The notes beneath the pieces were generated by a model. It saw only the letters and a list, made by a program, of their open reading frames with translations. It was not told the DNA's origin and did not search any database. Below, piece by piece: positions 47,996-59,900 of a DNA stretch of 64,000 nucleotides. The DNA comes from Eledone cirrhosa (lineage: Eukaryota). Location of the stretch: contig OZ024747.1 of the NCBI GenBank assembly GCA_964016885.1, positions 7,626,001 to 7,690,000 of the forward strand. Direction: 5' to 3'. Position numbers and translations under genes: made by a program. Numbering within the stretch: position 1 is the stretch's first letter; every line of letters starts with the position of its first letter.

Positions 47996-50900
47996 CTGCA
48001 AATGAAAAGACAAAAAAAAACAAAACAGAATTGAGTGACTTTGTTAAAGACAAAGGATGAATGCTTCACATATAAGGATACAATGTACACCCCACAAAAC
48101 TAAAGGTTATAGATGTTAGTGAGTGACTGAATTTTTGCCCAACAGCCAAATGGTGACCACTCATGGGCCAAGCTTGACCCATGAGTGGTCACCATTTGCA
48201 ACAGGTTAGCAGCCCTAGGAAAATTGAGCAGGAGTGTTTTAACCCTTTTGATACCGAGCCACCCCAAAACTGCTGGATTCTTCCTTCGACATCTCTGGTT
48301 GTATATTCTATGTTGTTAATAACTTGTCATGGTTTCAGAGCTATATAAGTGGCTATAACAACTGCCTTATGCGCCATAAATTTGAATGTCTTTCTCAGAT
48401 CATGACCTTCATATACCCATCTTAAATAACCTAAGAGTATTCTAGCATATTGTAACTGATGTCAGATCTTCTCATCAATATCTACATTCTGGGATAAGCG
48501 ACAGATATGAGAAGATCTCTACATTTTCCAGCCAACAAGCATTTTGTTGATCTTTGTGATCTTTGTCCTGGTACCAGAGTTATTGAACATAAAGTTATTG
48601 AACATTATCCTTTGTGTTGTTATCCAGAGATCTTTCATTGGTTGCACAGAATCAATTAAGCAAATAACAACATCATCATCATTATTTAACATCCACTTTC
48701 CACGCTTGCATGGGTTAGATGGGTTGTCACATGATGAGACAATTTAGATCAGGTGACCATGTCTTGCTCATATGGACCTGTATTTTGACTAGATTTCTAC
48801 AGCTGGATGTCTTTGAAATATTCTTTCTGTTGGTTGTTGATAGCTGTTTGTTCCTTTATAAGTTTTGTTCTCTTTAGATGTAAGAAGTGTATGTTAGACC
48901 TGTTATACTAGGATTAAAGAAACCACTTATGTGACACATGTCAAACTTTTACTGGATTTCAAATGTTTAGGGTTGCCACCAATTATTCTTCATTGATGTC
49001 TTTGTTCCTGGATTGCAAGCTATGCTTACAGGAATGTTTTCCCTTGGCTTTATTTGTTCTTGTCATTTTTGGTTGGGCTGTAAAGCCTCACTTATTCTGC
49101 AATCAACTGTTTGATTTGGGCATTGTTTTCATCAGACCAGTTTGGGTATTTTCTTGTCATAAAACCCACAAACTACCAACAAAAAACAGAGACACCTACC
49201 TTGAGTGTACATCATGTACTGCATTCAGGTTTTGCTGTTACTAATATACTTATTTCTATATATTTCTAAACTATTCATTAAAAATAACATCAGAAGGCTA
49301 GACTGGAAATTTACTTTAGAATTTTAATTCCGCTAAAGGAGGTGGACTGCCACTGCTATAACACTGAACTGGCATTGGCAAGAATGCAAGTAATAATAAA
49401 CTTTTCTTCATTTAGTTGAAGGTAGTTTCAGAGGCATAACTAGGGTATGTGCCATGGGCACCACTTGAAGCGGGCTATCACTTGGACTAGGAGCACTTTC
49501 TATTAAAGTCAGATAAGCTATCATCAAAGAGGGGAAAAAAAAACTTCTTCAGATGTATGATCTGTCTTTGATTATCATGGGTGAGAAACATTATGGTGGC
49601 TAAATAAATTATTAAGCCCATGGTTAAAAATACAGTGCTGGGCAGGGGCACAATTTCAGTGCTTGCCATAGGCACTATTTGCCCTAGTTATGCCTAGAAT
49701 ATCTCTTAATGTATGCAGTCTAATTGGAGTTGAGGAAATAAATATTTCAGTTGACTTTAATGTGCAGCTTTATATGCAAACAGTTCTTGGGCTTGTCAAC
49801 CTGTCAAGATCTTTACAGGGTCATCTGCTTTTAAATATCGATCGAAATCGATTCCAGCACTTGATAGGCATTTCATTGTATTGACTCTGTTAATACATCA
49901 CTCTATTGATTTTTCGATCCACCACTCCACCACCTTATTATATAATAGTGATTTCTAGAAGAAGGAACAGTAAAGTTGATTTCATCAAACCCAGACAGTT
50001 AAGTGGAACTTAATAATCTGACCTCAATCAATTCTATCCTTTAATAATAATTTCTATGCATAATTATCTTATGGGCTCTTGAAAGGATGAAAAGCAAAGT
50101 CTCGATGATAGCTGGATTTGAACTCAGAATATAAAGGGACGTAACTAGATGGAGAAATACCTTTTTGTCCGATCCTCTACCTGTTCGGCCATTGATAATT
50201 TGTAGAGTACATTTGATCTTCAACAGTACATGACTGGTACTTAATTTATCGCCTCCACTCCCAACATTTTAATATTACTTTTGTTATTGCAAGTCACTTG
50301 TACCAATGTTTCGTAAGATATTCCTCCTGAAGAACTTAAAAGGGCTGAGATTCCTAATACAATACTTTCGTGAGTGTGTGTGTGTAGAATACAGATGTTC
50401 ATTTACGTTTCATAGTTTCATGTGCAATTGTTCATACTTTTCTAATTAACATTCAACAGATTTACGTGCTCAAAAGGTGTTCACCATACCCCATCCCCCA
50501 TATATATATATGAGAGAGATACAGACAGAAGAGATAATAAAATAACACGAACCTCCACCTTGATTCCAGTTGCCACCCATGGATTGTTGTTGCTGTTGTT
50601 TCTGGTCATTCCAGTTGCTCTGAATCCGGCCACCTCTGCCGCCACGGTCACTCTGGTAGTTACCACCACCGCCGCCGCCGCCGCCGCCGCGTCCTCCTCC
50701 ACTACCACCCTGGTTAGCGTTCCTTTGCTGAAACGCCGGCATTTCGGGTGGCGGTGGCTCGTGTTCCCACGCCCTGCCACCGCGATCAGGAACCTGTCCG
50801 ATGCGAACTTTGTTGATGGCGCACTGGGTTCTTTCACGTGCTTCGCCGCTGCTAGTCTTCTGGATCCGCAGCAGATTGTCCCTGGCTGCAAGTATTTGAC

Positions 50901-51696
50901 AGATGCCAATATTAGATTTCGATGTTAACTTTTTCCCCTGACTCTCGTACAGGGCCCGAATCTGTTTTTCGTTTAATTTTGCCTTGTCCGACCACATAAA
51001 CGACTGGACGGTGACATCCAATCGTTTTAGTAACATCTCACGTCGTGTGTTGTACTCTACCGACAGGGAGTTATTAATGTTTAAAATGTGGGCCCACTGT
51101 TTATCAGACAGCCGCGTCTTCAGTAGAGATTTACCCAGTTGGTTAGGATTTTTGCTAATCATCTCTTTAATTTTAGCTTCGACTTTAGAAAATAGTTGGG
51201 TCGGTGTTATGCTTGCCGGCGGTTTGGCGAAACCAAGAGCAATCAACATAGTCTTGAGAAAAGCAGCTATTTCAGATTCGGTGATAGTTTCTTGGTCGTT
51301 CTTAGTGGATACCAAAGCTATAGGCTTATTCACAGCCAGCATCATGGAACTTGCTAACTCCATGGTTAAATAGTCGAGTAGTTGCAGACGTGAAGATTTA
51401 GTGCTCAGTCGCTCGTTGATAGTCCCACCGATTAAAGTACTCACAGGACAGTCGATCTCTCGCAGGAATGCACTCAGTTCGAGCATGAATGTATCGCTAT
51501 CACTAGATTCTGCGATAGGGTTTACATGTTCCTCCATGATGAGGAAGTCTTTCAATTTGAGTGTAAGCCAGGATATTATCTGGGTAAACAGCGGTGATCG
51601 TTGTCCATCTTCCAAGGCCTTGTCAAACTCTTCTCCTTCAATTTGATCGACTGGATAGCCCAAGTCTTCAAGAACGTCCAGCATGTCACATTCCAT
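47400..51696 (-). CDS. FAM98A: FAM98A/B family protein (tRNA-ligase-complex/DDX1-associated RNA-binding protein), 2 coding exons, 579 aa
   Basis: Exons 51696-50553 and 47995-47400 joined in phase 1; MECDMLDVLEDLGY, EYNTRREMLLKRLDVTVQSFMWSD, VPDRGGR, PPPPEMP are FAM98 hallmarks. Confidence 0.93.
48147..48198. repeat. Near-perfect 52-bp palindrome
   Basis: CAAATGGTGACCACTCATGGG-c-CAAGCTTG-a-CCCATGAGTGGTCACCATTTG. Confidence 0.9.
49429..49697. mobile_element. MITE with GGCATAACTAGGG TIRs (hAT-like)
   Basis: CAGAGGCATAACTAGGG ... CCCTAGTTATGCCTAG. Confidence 0.6.
50553..51696 (-). CDS. FAM98A: FAM98 exon encoding the whole conserved domain
   Basis: Inside ORF 50470-51789; acceptor ttttacag at 51731; donor GTTCGT at 50552. 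Confidence 0.92.
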
Positions 51697-51857
51697 AGCG
51701 AGATCTTTGAGCTGTGGATGAGCGATGCTGCTGTAAAACAAAGAAAAGGGTTGAAAACATAAAGAATAAATAGGTAAATGTTTTTTCAAAAAAGAAAGTA
51801 TTTGGTGAAATTAAATGGGAAAATAACCCAATATAACATACACAGTAAGATAATCAC

Positions 51858-52627
51858 CTAGGAAAGGGACAGTCAATATGTTGAAAGTACAAGCTAACCA
51901 AAGTTTAAAACGACGTGTGGCAGGAAAACCTTGTCGATAAGAGTTACTTCCCTTTGCCGGCTAATATTTAATATAACACTTCGTAAAAGCTCGGTTTTTT
52001 CCGTCAATTAAGTAGGTGGGATACAGCGTAAGAAATTATTACAATTTTTAATCTCATCCCGACCGCTATGGTCAAAGCCTAAAATCTTATTGAAGCCGAT
52101 TTTGTCTTTTGTTATTTCAAGCCAAACCAAGAATGTTAAAATAAGTTTTATCCTAATATACTATTACCAACCTAACCCTTTACCTTCTTCCTCTGCAAAT
52201 ATTTGCTTTTGCTCTATACTAGCGGTATTCATACAAACAAAATGTGATGTTTTAAAAAAAAACAACTTTTTTCAAGTTTTAAAAAAGTATTCTGTTATAC
52301 ACTGAAATAAAAAAAAAAGATTTATTCATAATAAAAATACGAATAAAGTTAAACGATGTCGATAATTAAAAAACAACAAAAACAAATATCAGCCTCGTGT
52401 GATTCACGTAGCGCTTGTACCACTTTCACGATGAGTCTCCTCTCACCGCTAACACCGCGTACATGTGTGACGCATGCGCGATTCATAACGTGTCGGAGCC
52501 ATCTTGGATCCTTTTTTTTTCAGCTGGAGTGGTGTGTCAATGTGCTGAGGTGTCTGTTACACTCTCTCACACACACACACATTGTATTACATATTTGTTG
52601 CAGCAACGTGTTTAAAAAAAAGAAACC
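51858..52627. promoter_or_regulatory. Putative bidirectional promoter FAM98 / eIF3a
   Basis: Divergent ATGs 932 bp apart; locally CpG-richer; NRF1-like CGCATGCGC 52471-52479, YY1-like GCCATCTT 52498-52505; probable FAM98 non-coding exon donor at 51857. Confidence 0.7.
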
Positions 52628-52676
52628 ATGCCGACTTATTTCCTAAGACCCGAGAATGCTCTCAACCGGGCTAACG
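52628..52676 (+). CDS. EIF3A: eIF3a exon 1
   Basis: ACCATG start; GTACGT donor. Confidence 0.92.
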
Positions 52677-52735
52677 GTACGTTGTCCCCTTCACCCCTAC
52701 CATTTATTGTCTATATTATCGCGTAATATATATGA

Positions 52736-52767
<32 letters not shown>

Positions 52768-53910
52768 GCATGTATATATATATCTATATATAGATATATA
52801 TAATGAGTCGGCGATTGAATTCTACGCAATCGCTCTACCTTATTCTATTTAGCAACCAAATTAACTCACTCTCAACAAATTCTCTATTGTCTTTCAAAAT
52901 TATCACCACGTGACGAGACACGCATATATATATATATATATATAGTTGCTGAGGACTGGGTGCTTTGGATTCATCCCTCACGTTCTTGACAGATGTATCT
53001 GTTAAATGCTAGCATACATTTTCTTTTAAATTCTCTTCGATCACGTCCGATTAAGCCGTATACAATCTGCTGAAATGTAAAGCCATTGCGATCGAGTGTT
53101 GTAAATCGGTCTATAATAATGTATTTGTGTGTGGTTGAGTGGTATGTTTAATGGAAGTGTTTAAATTTACTGAAATTCCAAGAGACGTCAAATGAGTTCA
53201 ACCATTAAACACACTCAACTGCTATACTGAGGGAAGCATCCACTTAAATCATTCGACCTGCTTTGAGCAGTCCAATCGGCCTCAGCAAATTATCCCTTAG
53301 TCTTTTTTTTTTTATAATTGTATGCCATCAGATATATCTTTTAAGTCCTACTGAAACTTCAGGCTATAATGGCTTTTCTCAACCCAGTTTTTGCGTAACA
53401 TTTTTATAATTCTTTGGAAGCACGTTGCTTCCATGCTCGACCTGTTGGTATGGCTGCTTTCTTCCTCTTAGATTTGTAGGGCGAAATCCGCCAAGGTTTT
53501 TTTTTATTTTTTTGTTTTTCAATCGTATCTAACAATAGACGATTTAGCTTTTCAGGATTAAAAACTCCCTCAAAAACTGCAGCGATAATAATCAATACCT
53601 GTTTTCATAATTTTCAATTATTGAGGTTTTATTATCTGGAATACTCACATTAACTGATTTCACCAGTTTTTTTCTCTAACAAAATATTCCGATATATGAA
53701 TTATTAATTCTATCAAAATTCTTTCTTCGTATATAATAAACATTTTTTAATAAAATCTGATATAATATATATTTATATATATTTATTTATATATATATTT
53801 ATACCATGAAATGTATGTTAAGAAATTACTACGTAGCCGGTTCCATTCTCTCCAGCTGCAACAACCATATGGCGGGAGTCTCATCACTTGCCTTCAGATT
53901 CACCAAGGAT

Positions 53911-53942
<32 letters not shown>

Positions 53943-56900
53943 TATACATATATGTGTGTGTGATCACATTAAACCGGCATTGTTTAAATATATTTGTATA
54001 TGTATATATGTCATTATCTATATTTGTGGATAAACGTGAGAACTTGGCGATTTATAATATGGCAATTAAACTCCCGTGAGGTGTTGATTGGTTCACTATA
54101 TTTCTTATATTTTTGATATTCTAAAATTATTTTCTGAAATACAAACCAAAAATTAAAAAAAGAAAAGAAAATTCAGCCCGTTCTAGTGTGTCTCACAAAC
54201 TACTTCGGTCCACCTCTACCAACTCCTAAGGGTTATATCCTTCACTCGCAAATCTATTTCCTGCAGATGTCAATTTACATGTTCGATAGGAACATAAACC
54301 GTATCGATAAGAGCCTGCAAAGATTACGAGCAGTCACTGCCCCTCCCATTGACTAAGTAATGGAAAAGAGACAAAAGAAACGATTAATTTTGAAATGTTT
54401 CGACATTAGTCACATATGAACTCCATTGAATATATATATTGATAGGATGTAGTTTACTGTGCTCCTGCACTCGTTAACCATTTAATATATACCGACAGTG
54501 ATATTTAAAAGTAAACGGAAACATATGATAATCGTCCCAGCTCTTTCTTAACTCAGCAGACATACGATCAAAGGCGTTCCAGATATAGCCACCTCGTAAA
54601 AAGTGTATCTAAGATAACATCCAATGTGTCCTTTTTAAGCAAGAAGGGTGCGATTTGGCTGCTATTTCAGCAATTGTGTTTATTAAGTTGATGTCGTTAA
54701 TATAGGTTGGTTTCTACGGCTATGTTGGAGCATTTCTGTTACCAAATAGTACGGCATTGGTTAAGTTTTAAAAAAAAGGTTTAACAAATGACTGGTAAAA
54801 TTGAGTCAAAAAATGTTTTATAAAATATATATTTGTAATGTAACCATGCGTTTTGATCCTCAGATTTAATTAGGCTTAAGGACATTTTAAACATTTCTTT
54901 CTTTTAATGCTGTGATAATTATACACATGTATGTGATTATATATTTGGAATTGCCGGTTTACCACAGAATTCGGTGCAGCCATATGGTAATAGGTGGTAT
55001 TGATTGGATAAGCTCAGAATCAACTTTACTGTTGTTCATATTGTCTTCCTTGTAACTTGAAGATTCATTTAGTTGGCGGGTTTTCGGGTTTACATAGCAC
55101 AGAGAAAAGGGTGAAGGCCAAAGGTATGCCAACGTTGTGCAATGAGAGGATCAGAGGTGTGAGGTGTTTCAGATTGCATAGCTATGTTGGGGAAAAGTGT
55201 TTTCAGAATAACACTGGTGTACTTAGTGTCACCAATGCTCAGAGGATGCTTGGGAATGTTACTATGTGAGGTTGTTAAATGTAAAGAATATGAGGGAGGA
55301 AGAGGTATTATACCCAGTAAACCCAACAGAGGGATCAGCTACCTAAGTTGGCAGTTATATGGTTAAAAAAGAAAAACCCATTATATATATGAAAAGTTGC
55401 TGGACCGTCAGAGTCACTGAGATGCTGTAAATATCTGGTGAAATAGGGCTAAAGGTAATCATTCATGTAATCAACTAGATAATATATGGCGTCATACCCA
55501 GTGACTGCCCTGCAGTATAGTCATTGTTACAAGGCGAAAGATGATGTTCTAGAAAGGAACAACTACAGATGCATTGAACTGTTAGATCAAGTTATAAAAG
55601 TAGCAGAGTTTAAGTACAATTAAAAGCAGCTTAGGTTAGTACCAGGAAGAATACCACCAATGCCCTCTTTATGAGACAACTACAAGAGATGATCTTAGCT
55701 AAATGTTAGCTGCAATAAATAGCTTCCATTTATCTGGAGAAGGCCTTTGACAGAGTATCCTTATCAGTTGTCTGGGGCTCCTTAAAGTAACTAGTTAGTG
55801 AATGGTTTGAGTAGTGCCATCATGTACTGAAGTACTGTCAGTAAAGTGAAAGTAGGTAATGTGTTAAGTGTGGAATTCATCAAGGCTCAATTTTCTGCCC
55901 ACTCCTGTTTATCATAGTTTTCTAGGCCGTAGCATTTTTAAAACTGGCTATCTGTGAACAATTCCAGACATGGAAACAAAACCTAGATTTGAAAAGTCTC
56001 TGCAAAAGCCAAAATTCTTGGTAAGTGAGAAAGAAAACAGTATCGTGCAGCCACCAGGGAAATGGCCACACCCAATGTGTAAACTTAGGGTACACAAAAT
56101 GTGGGGAGGGGGACCACAGGCAAGCTAACAGAAAAAAATTATTTCGGTCTGCATGAACAACGCACAAATAAATTGCCCCAAAACTGGGCATAAAAAGAAA
56201 TCAGATGCAGTAAAAGAGAAGACTGCACAGGACGATGCATATAGATGATGATTGTTGGGTAAAAAGGTGCCATGAGTTCCAAGTCGAACAAGGAAGATCA
56301 AGGACTACCTATGAAGAGTGAAGCTGATGTCATGCAGATAAAAGGACTCAATGGTGAAGAAAAACTGTACTGGGAATGCACATCCAACCCATGCAAGCAT
56401 GAAATGGGGGGCATAAAAACAATGCCCAGTTCCTTTGTTGACTGTGTTGTAAATATGTTTGGTGTCTAAATAAAGACATGGATAGTGTAGACTCAGAAAT
56501 TAGATGTCATACTATTGAGCTATTTCAATTAATTCTACTGAAGAAATTTCTAGTCTTCAAAATATTTTTGAGCTTATGACTCCACAGTGAGCATAAAAAT
56601 ATGAAGGATTGTAATTTCTATGCAATGGTACTTTTTTAGTTAAATGCACAAGGATGCAGCACCTATTAATGGTGCCTCTATTGAAATTCCATGCCACATC
56701 TGCTATAAAAAAATCAAGACGAGGCACACTCAGTAGCCAGCTAACAGCCCATAACAGAAAAGATATTGCCTAATATAGGCTAATAACCACAATAAGAAAG
56801 TGGTTCTGCTTGGATTTAAGTCAATGACCACTCTCTGTGTGTGTGTGTCTATATATGTATATAAGACAAAGGATAACTTAGTGTTATAGACAGTTATATA

Positions 56901-59900
56901 AGAGAAAGGCTTGGATAGCTGGGGATAGCAGAGTATATGAAGTAGCTTATAAAAGAGACTAGACAGCTGGCAAAACTGAGTTGTACCTGTAATTCAAGGG
57001 GTCAACTTTAATCACATTGTGTCACACTGAATTTCCCTGAGAACTACTTCAAGGGTACACGTGTCTCTGAAATCCTCAGCCACTTACATGTTAATTTCAC
57101 AAGCGGGCATTGATTGAATGAACTGAAAGACTCATTGGCAACAACAATAGAGGTCCACCAACAATTATCTGAGATGAATTATGTTTACTGTGGCCAATAG
57201 CAACCCACTATACATTCACCTTTCTTTAATTTCATGGTGTGAGTCCAATATTAGAATCACCTTAGATCAACACTTGAATCAATTATTCAAGAATAAAAGT
57301 AAGAACACTGGTTTTAAAGGTTTATAAATATATGAAAACATAACTACATACTAAAACTTTGTAACTTATTGTTTTATTGTTTTCAGAGTTTATTGATGTG
57401 GACAAGAAACAACGTGCCTTGGATGTCCTGTACGATGTCATCAAAAGTAAGAAACACCGCACATGGCAAAAGATTCACGAGCAGATTATGGCCAAGTACC
57501 TTGAGCTCTGTGTTGATCTTCGCAAGAGTCACATTGCAAAAGAGGGCTTGTACCAATATAAGATTATTTGTCAACAGGTTAGTAGTATTTAATGCTATTG
57601 AATTTATTTTTCATATCTGAATATTAGAGGTACATATGTTTGTGAGAAGGACAGTCTAGAATTATTGACATCTCTTTAAGCTTGTGGTCAAAGAATTTGG
57701 AGGGGTTTTCTTATTTAATTAATTTGTTTGGAACATTAACTTAATAAAGATTTCTGCCATAATTTAAATATAAACACTTTTAAAAAAGGAGAGGTTTTAT
57801 ATCAGAACCAGAGAGGATGTTAGGAAAGTTGGTATCAAAAATGCTTACAAAAACAGTTAATTTGTGATTTTTAAAATAAGAAATGCACAGGAGTAAAAAT
57901 AGGGATGTCAGTGAAATCTTTATTAAATGTAAGAATGTTACTGCATCCTTTAGAAAATTGCTTCCGGGTGGTGGACCCGTTTCTTTTCTAAATTCTGTAA
58001 TTAGTCATTAATGTTTAAAGAAAATGTGATTTTATTAAACTTGCTATTCATTATTTATAATGTATTAATTAAAACAGATAGAATGGACATAACAATGTTA
58101 ATTTTTTGTGATAAACAAGATGTAGTAGCCATTCACCAAAGCTCTGCCTTATTAGGTTATGTTGAATCGTAGACTGCAAGGCCTCAAATGAGTTTTCTCA
58201 TTTTTTTATGTATAATAAATTTTGTTTAATTTTTAATTTTCAATAGGTGAGCATCAACTCTCTGGTGGATGTTGTGGAGAACTATTTGAAGTTGGCTGAG
58301 AAAACTACTGAGAAAGCTCGTGAACAATCTCACCAAGCCGTTGTTGATGTTGACGATTTAGACAACCCTGATACTCCTGAGAGGTATGTTTTTGTACTTT
58401 CATGTTAACCAGTAGGTGCTTGATTTTAGAATTATAAATAATGCTATTTACAAATTGAAATAATCCTGATGTGTACAATATTTTAAAACTAATATTTTGC
58501 CTAAACATTTCATAATTACAGAACAATCTAGCAAAGAAATTAACCTTATAAAAATAGAATACTGCAGCATTTTTTAAAAAAATTTGGATGCCAGTGTTAG
58601 AAGCAAATATTTCTAGAGTTAGATGAAATATGTTGCTATACGAGAAGTTAAAATCCTGCCGGAATTGATTTTGCTTTTCAACCTGCTCTAGTGTTGGAAT
58701 AAAACCTATGAATTGAGAGGTCTGTCACAATGGCTAACTAAAACCTATGAATTGAGAGGTCTGTCACAGTGGTTAACATTGTTTCTTGGTTGTTAAAATA
58801 TATAAGACTCCATTACTGTTGTGGGATATATAATTTTTTCACAATACATTGGCTAGTATTAAGTCACAACTGTGTCTGAGGCAGTTTCTGTCTGGTTCTG
58901 ATTCTAGACTATCTTGTTTATATGTTCAAATATTATTATAACCACTTTGATCTTTGATTGACAAAAGGCTGTTTCCTCTCTTATTTTTGTGTGGTTATCT
59001 GTAGAGAAGGTTTCAAGCTGCAATAATACTTACTCTAAGAGAAGTTTTCTAAACAATGCAAGCATAGAAATATATATTGTTGTTATTGTAAGAGATGTAT
59101 TGACATGTTAATTTTCTTTCAAAGCTTATTGATGAAAGCTGTGAGTGGTGAAGACACTCAAGATCGAACAGACCGCGCCATTCTGACACCATGGGTCAAG
59201 TTTCTGTGGGAGTCTTACCGTCAATGTCTGGATCTTTTGAGGAACAATTCTCGTGTTGAAAGACTGTACCATAACATTGCACAACAAGGTAAGTCTGTTC
59301 TAATTAATGAAGTGGTGTTTGGCCAATTACCTGTCTAACCAGATTACAGAAACAAACATTTGAGTACTGTAAATCACAGTGCATATGTCGACTTAGCAGT
59401 GCTGACTAATGTGTGGTGGGAGGTCTGAGAAAGAAAAATGGGAGTTCTAATCCTTGTGATGCTCATGCACCCCATAAGAACATTAGTTGAACTTGAGCTA
59501 AATAATGACTGAAACCAGGTCACAGAATAAGGGATCTGAAATTCCTGTGAACATTCACAACTATGTAATAAAAAATATGGAAAATAGTATGGGTATTAGC
59601 TATGAATAGACTCCCATTCCGACTGGGGTGAGGGTTACATGATTTTTTAAAAATGGAAGTATATACTCCTACAGATTATTGTATTATTGGGTACAGATGA
59701 TGATGAAGAACTTTCTCTGAACATGTACTTCTTAACCGAGCTACACTGTTAGGTGAACTGGAAGACGTGTGCAAATTTGAACTCTCAGCCCATAAACTAT
59801 TAGTCAGCCACTTTCACACATGTATACGTGTATAAGTCCACTATACCAAATTATCTTTATATTTTCATAACCTATATAGCCTTGCTGTTCAATATTTAAA

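Noticed and set aside
47336-48034. Poly-Val, poly-His and poly-Thr ORFs
   Set aside because: Alternative frames and the antisense strand of FAM98's GGT/GGC-rich last exon.
58122-58180. H/ACA-like hairpin in eIF3a intron 2
   Set aside because: No properly placed H (ANANNA) or ACA box after the stem.
59690-59730. C/D box snoRNA (ATGATGA...CTGA)
   Set aside because: Boxes are under 20 nt apart, too short for a guide RNA; the C box is part of a (GAT)n run.
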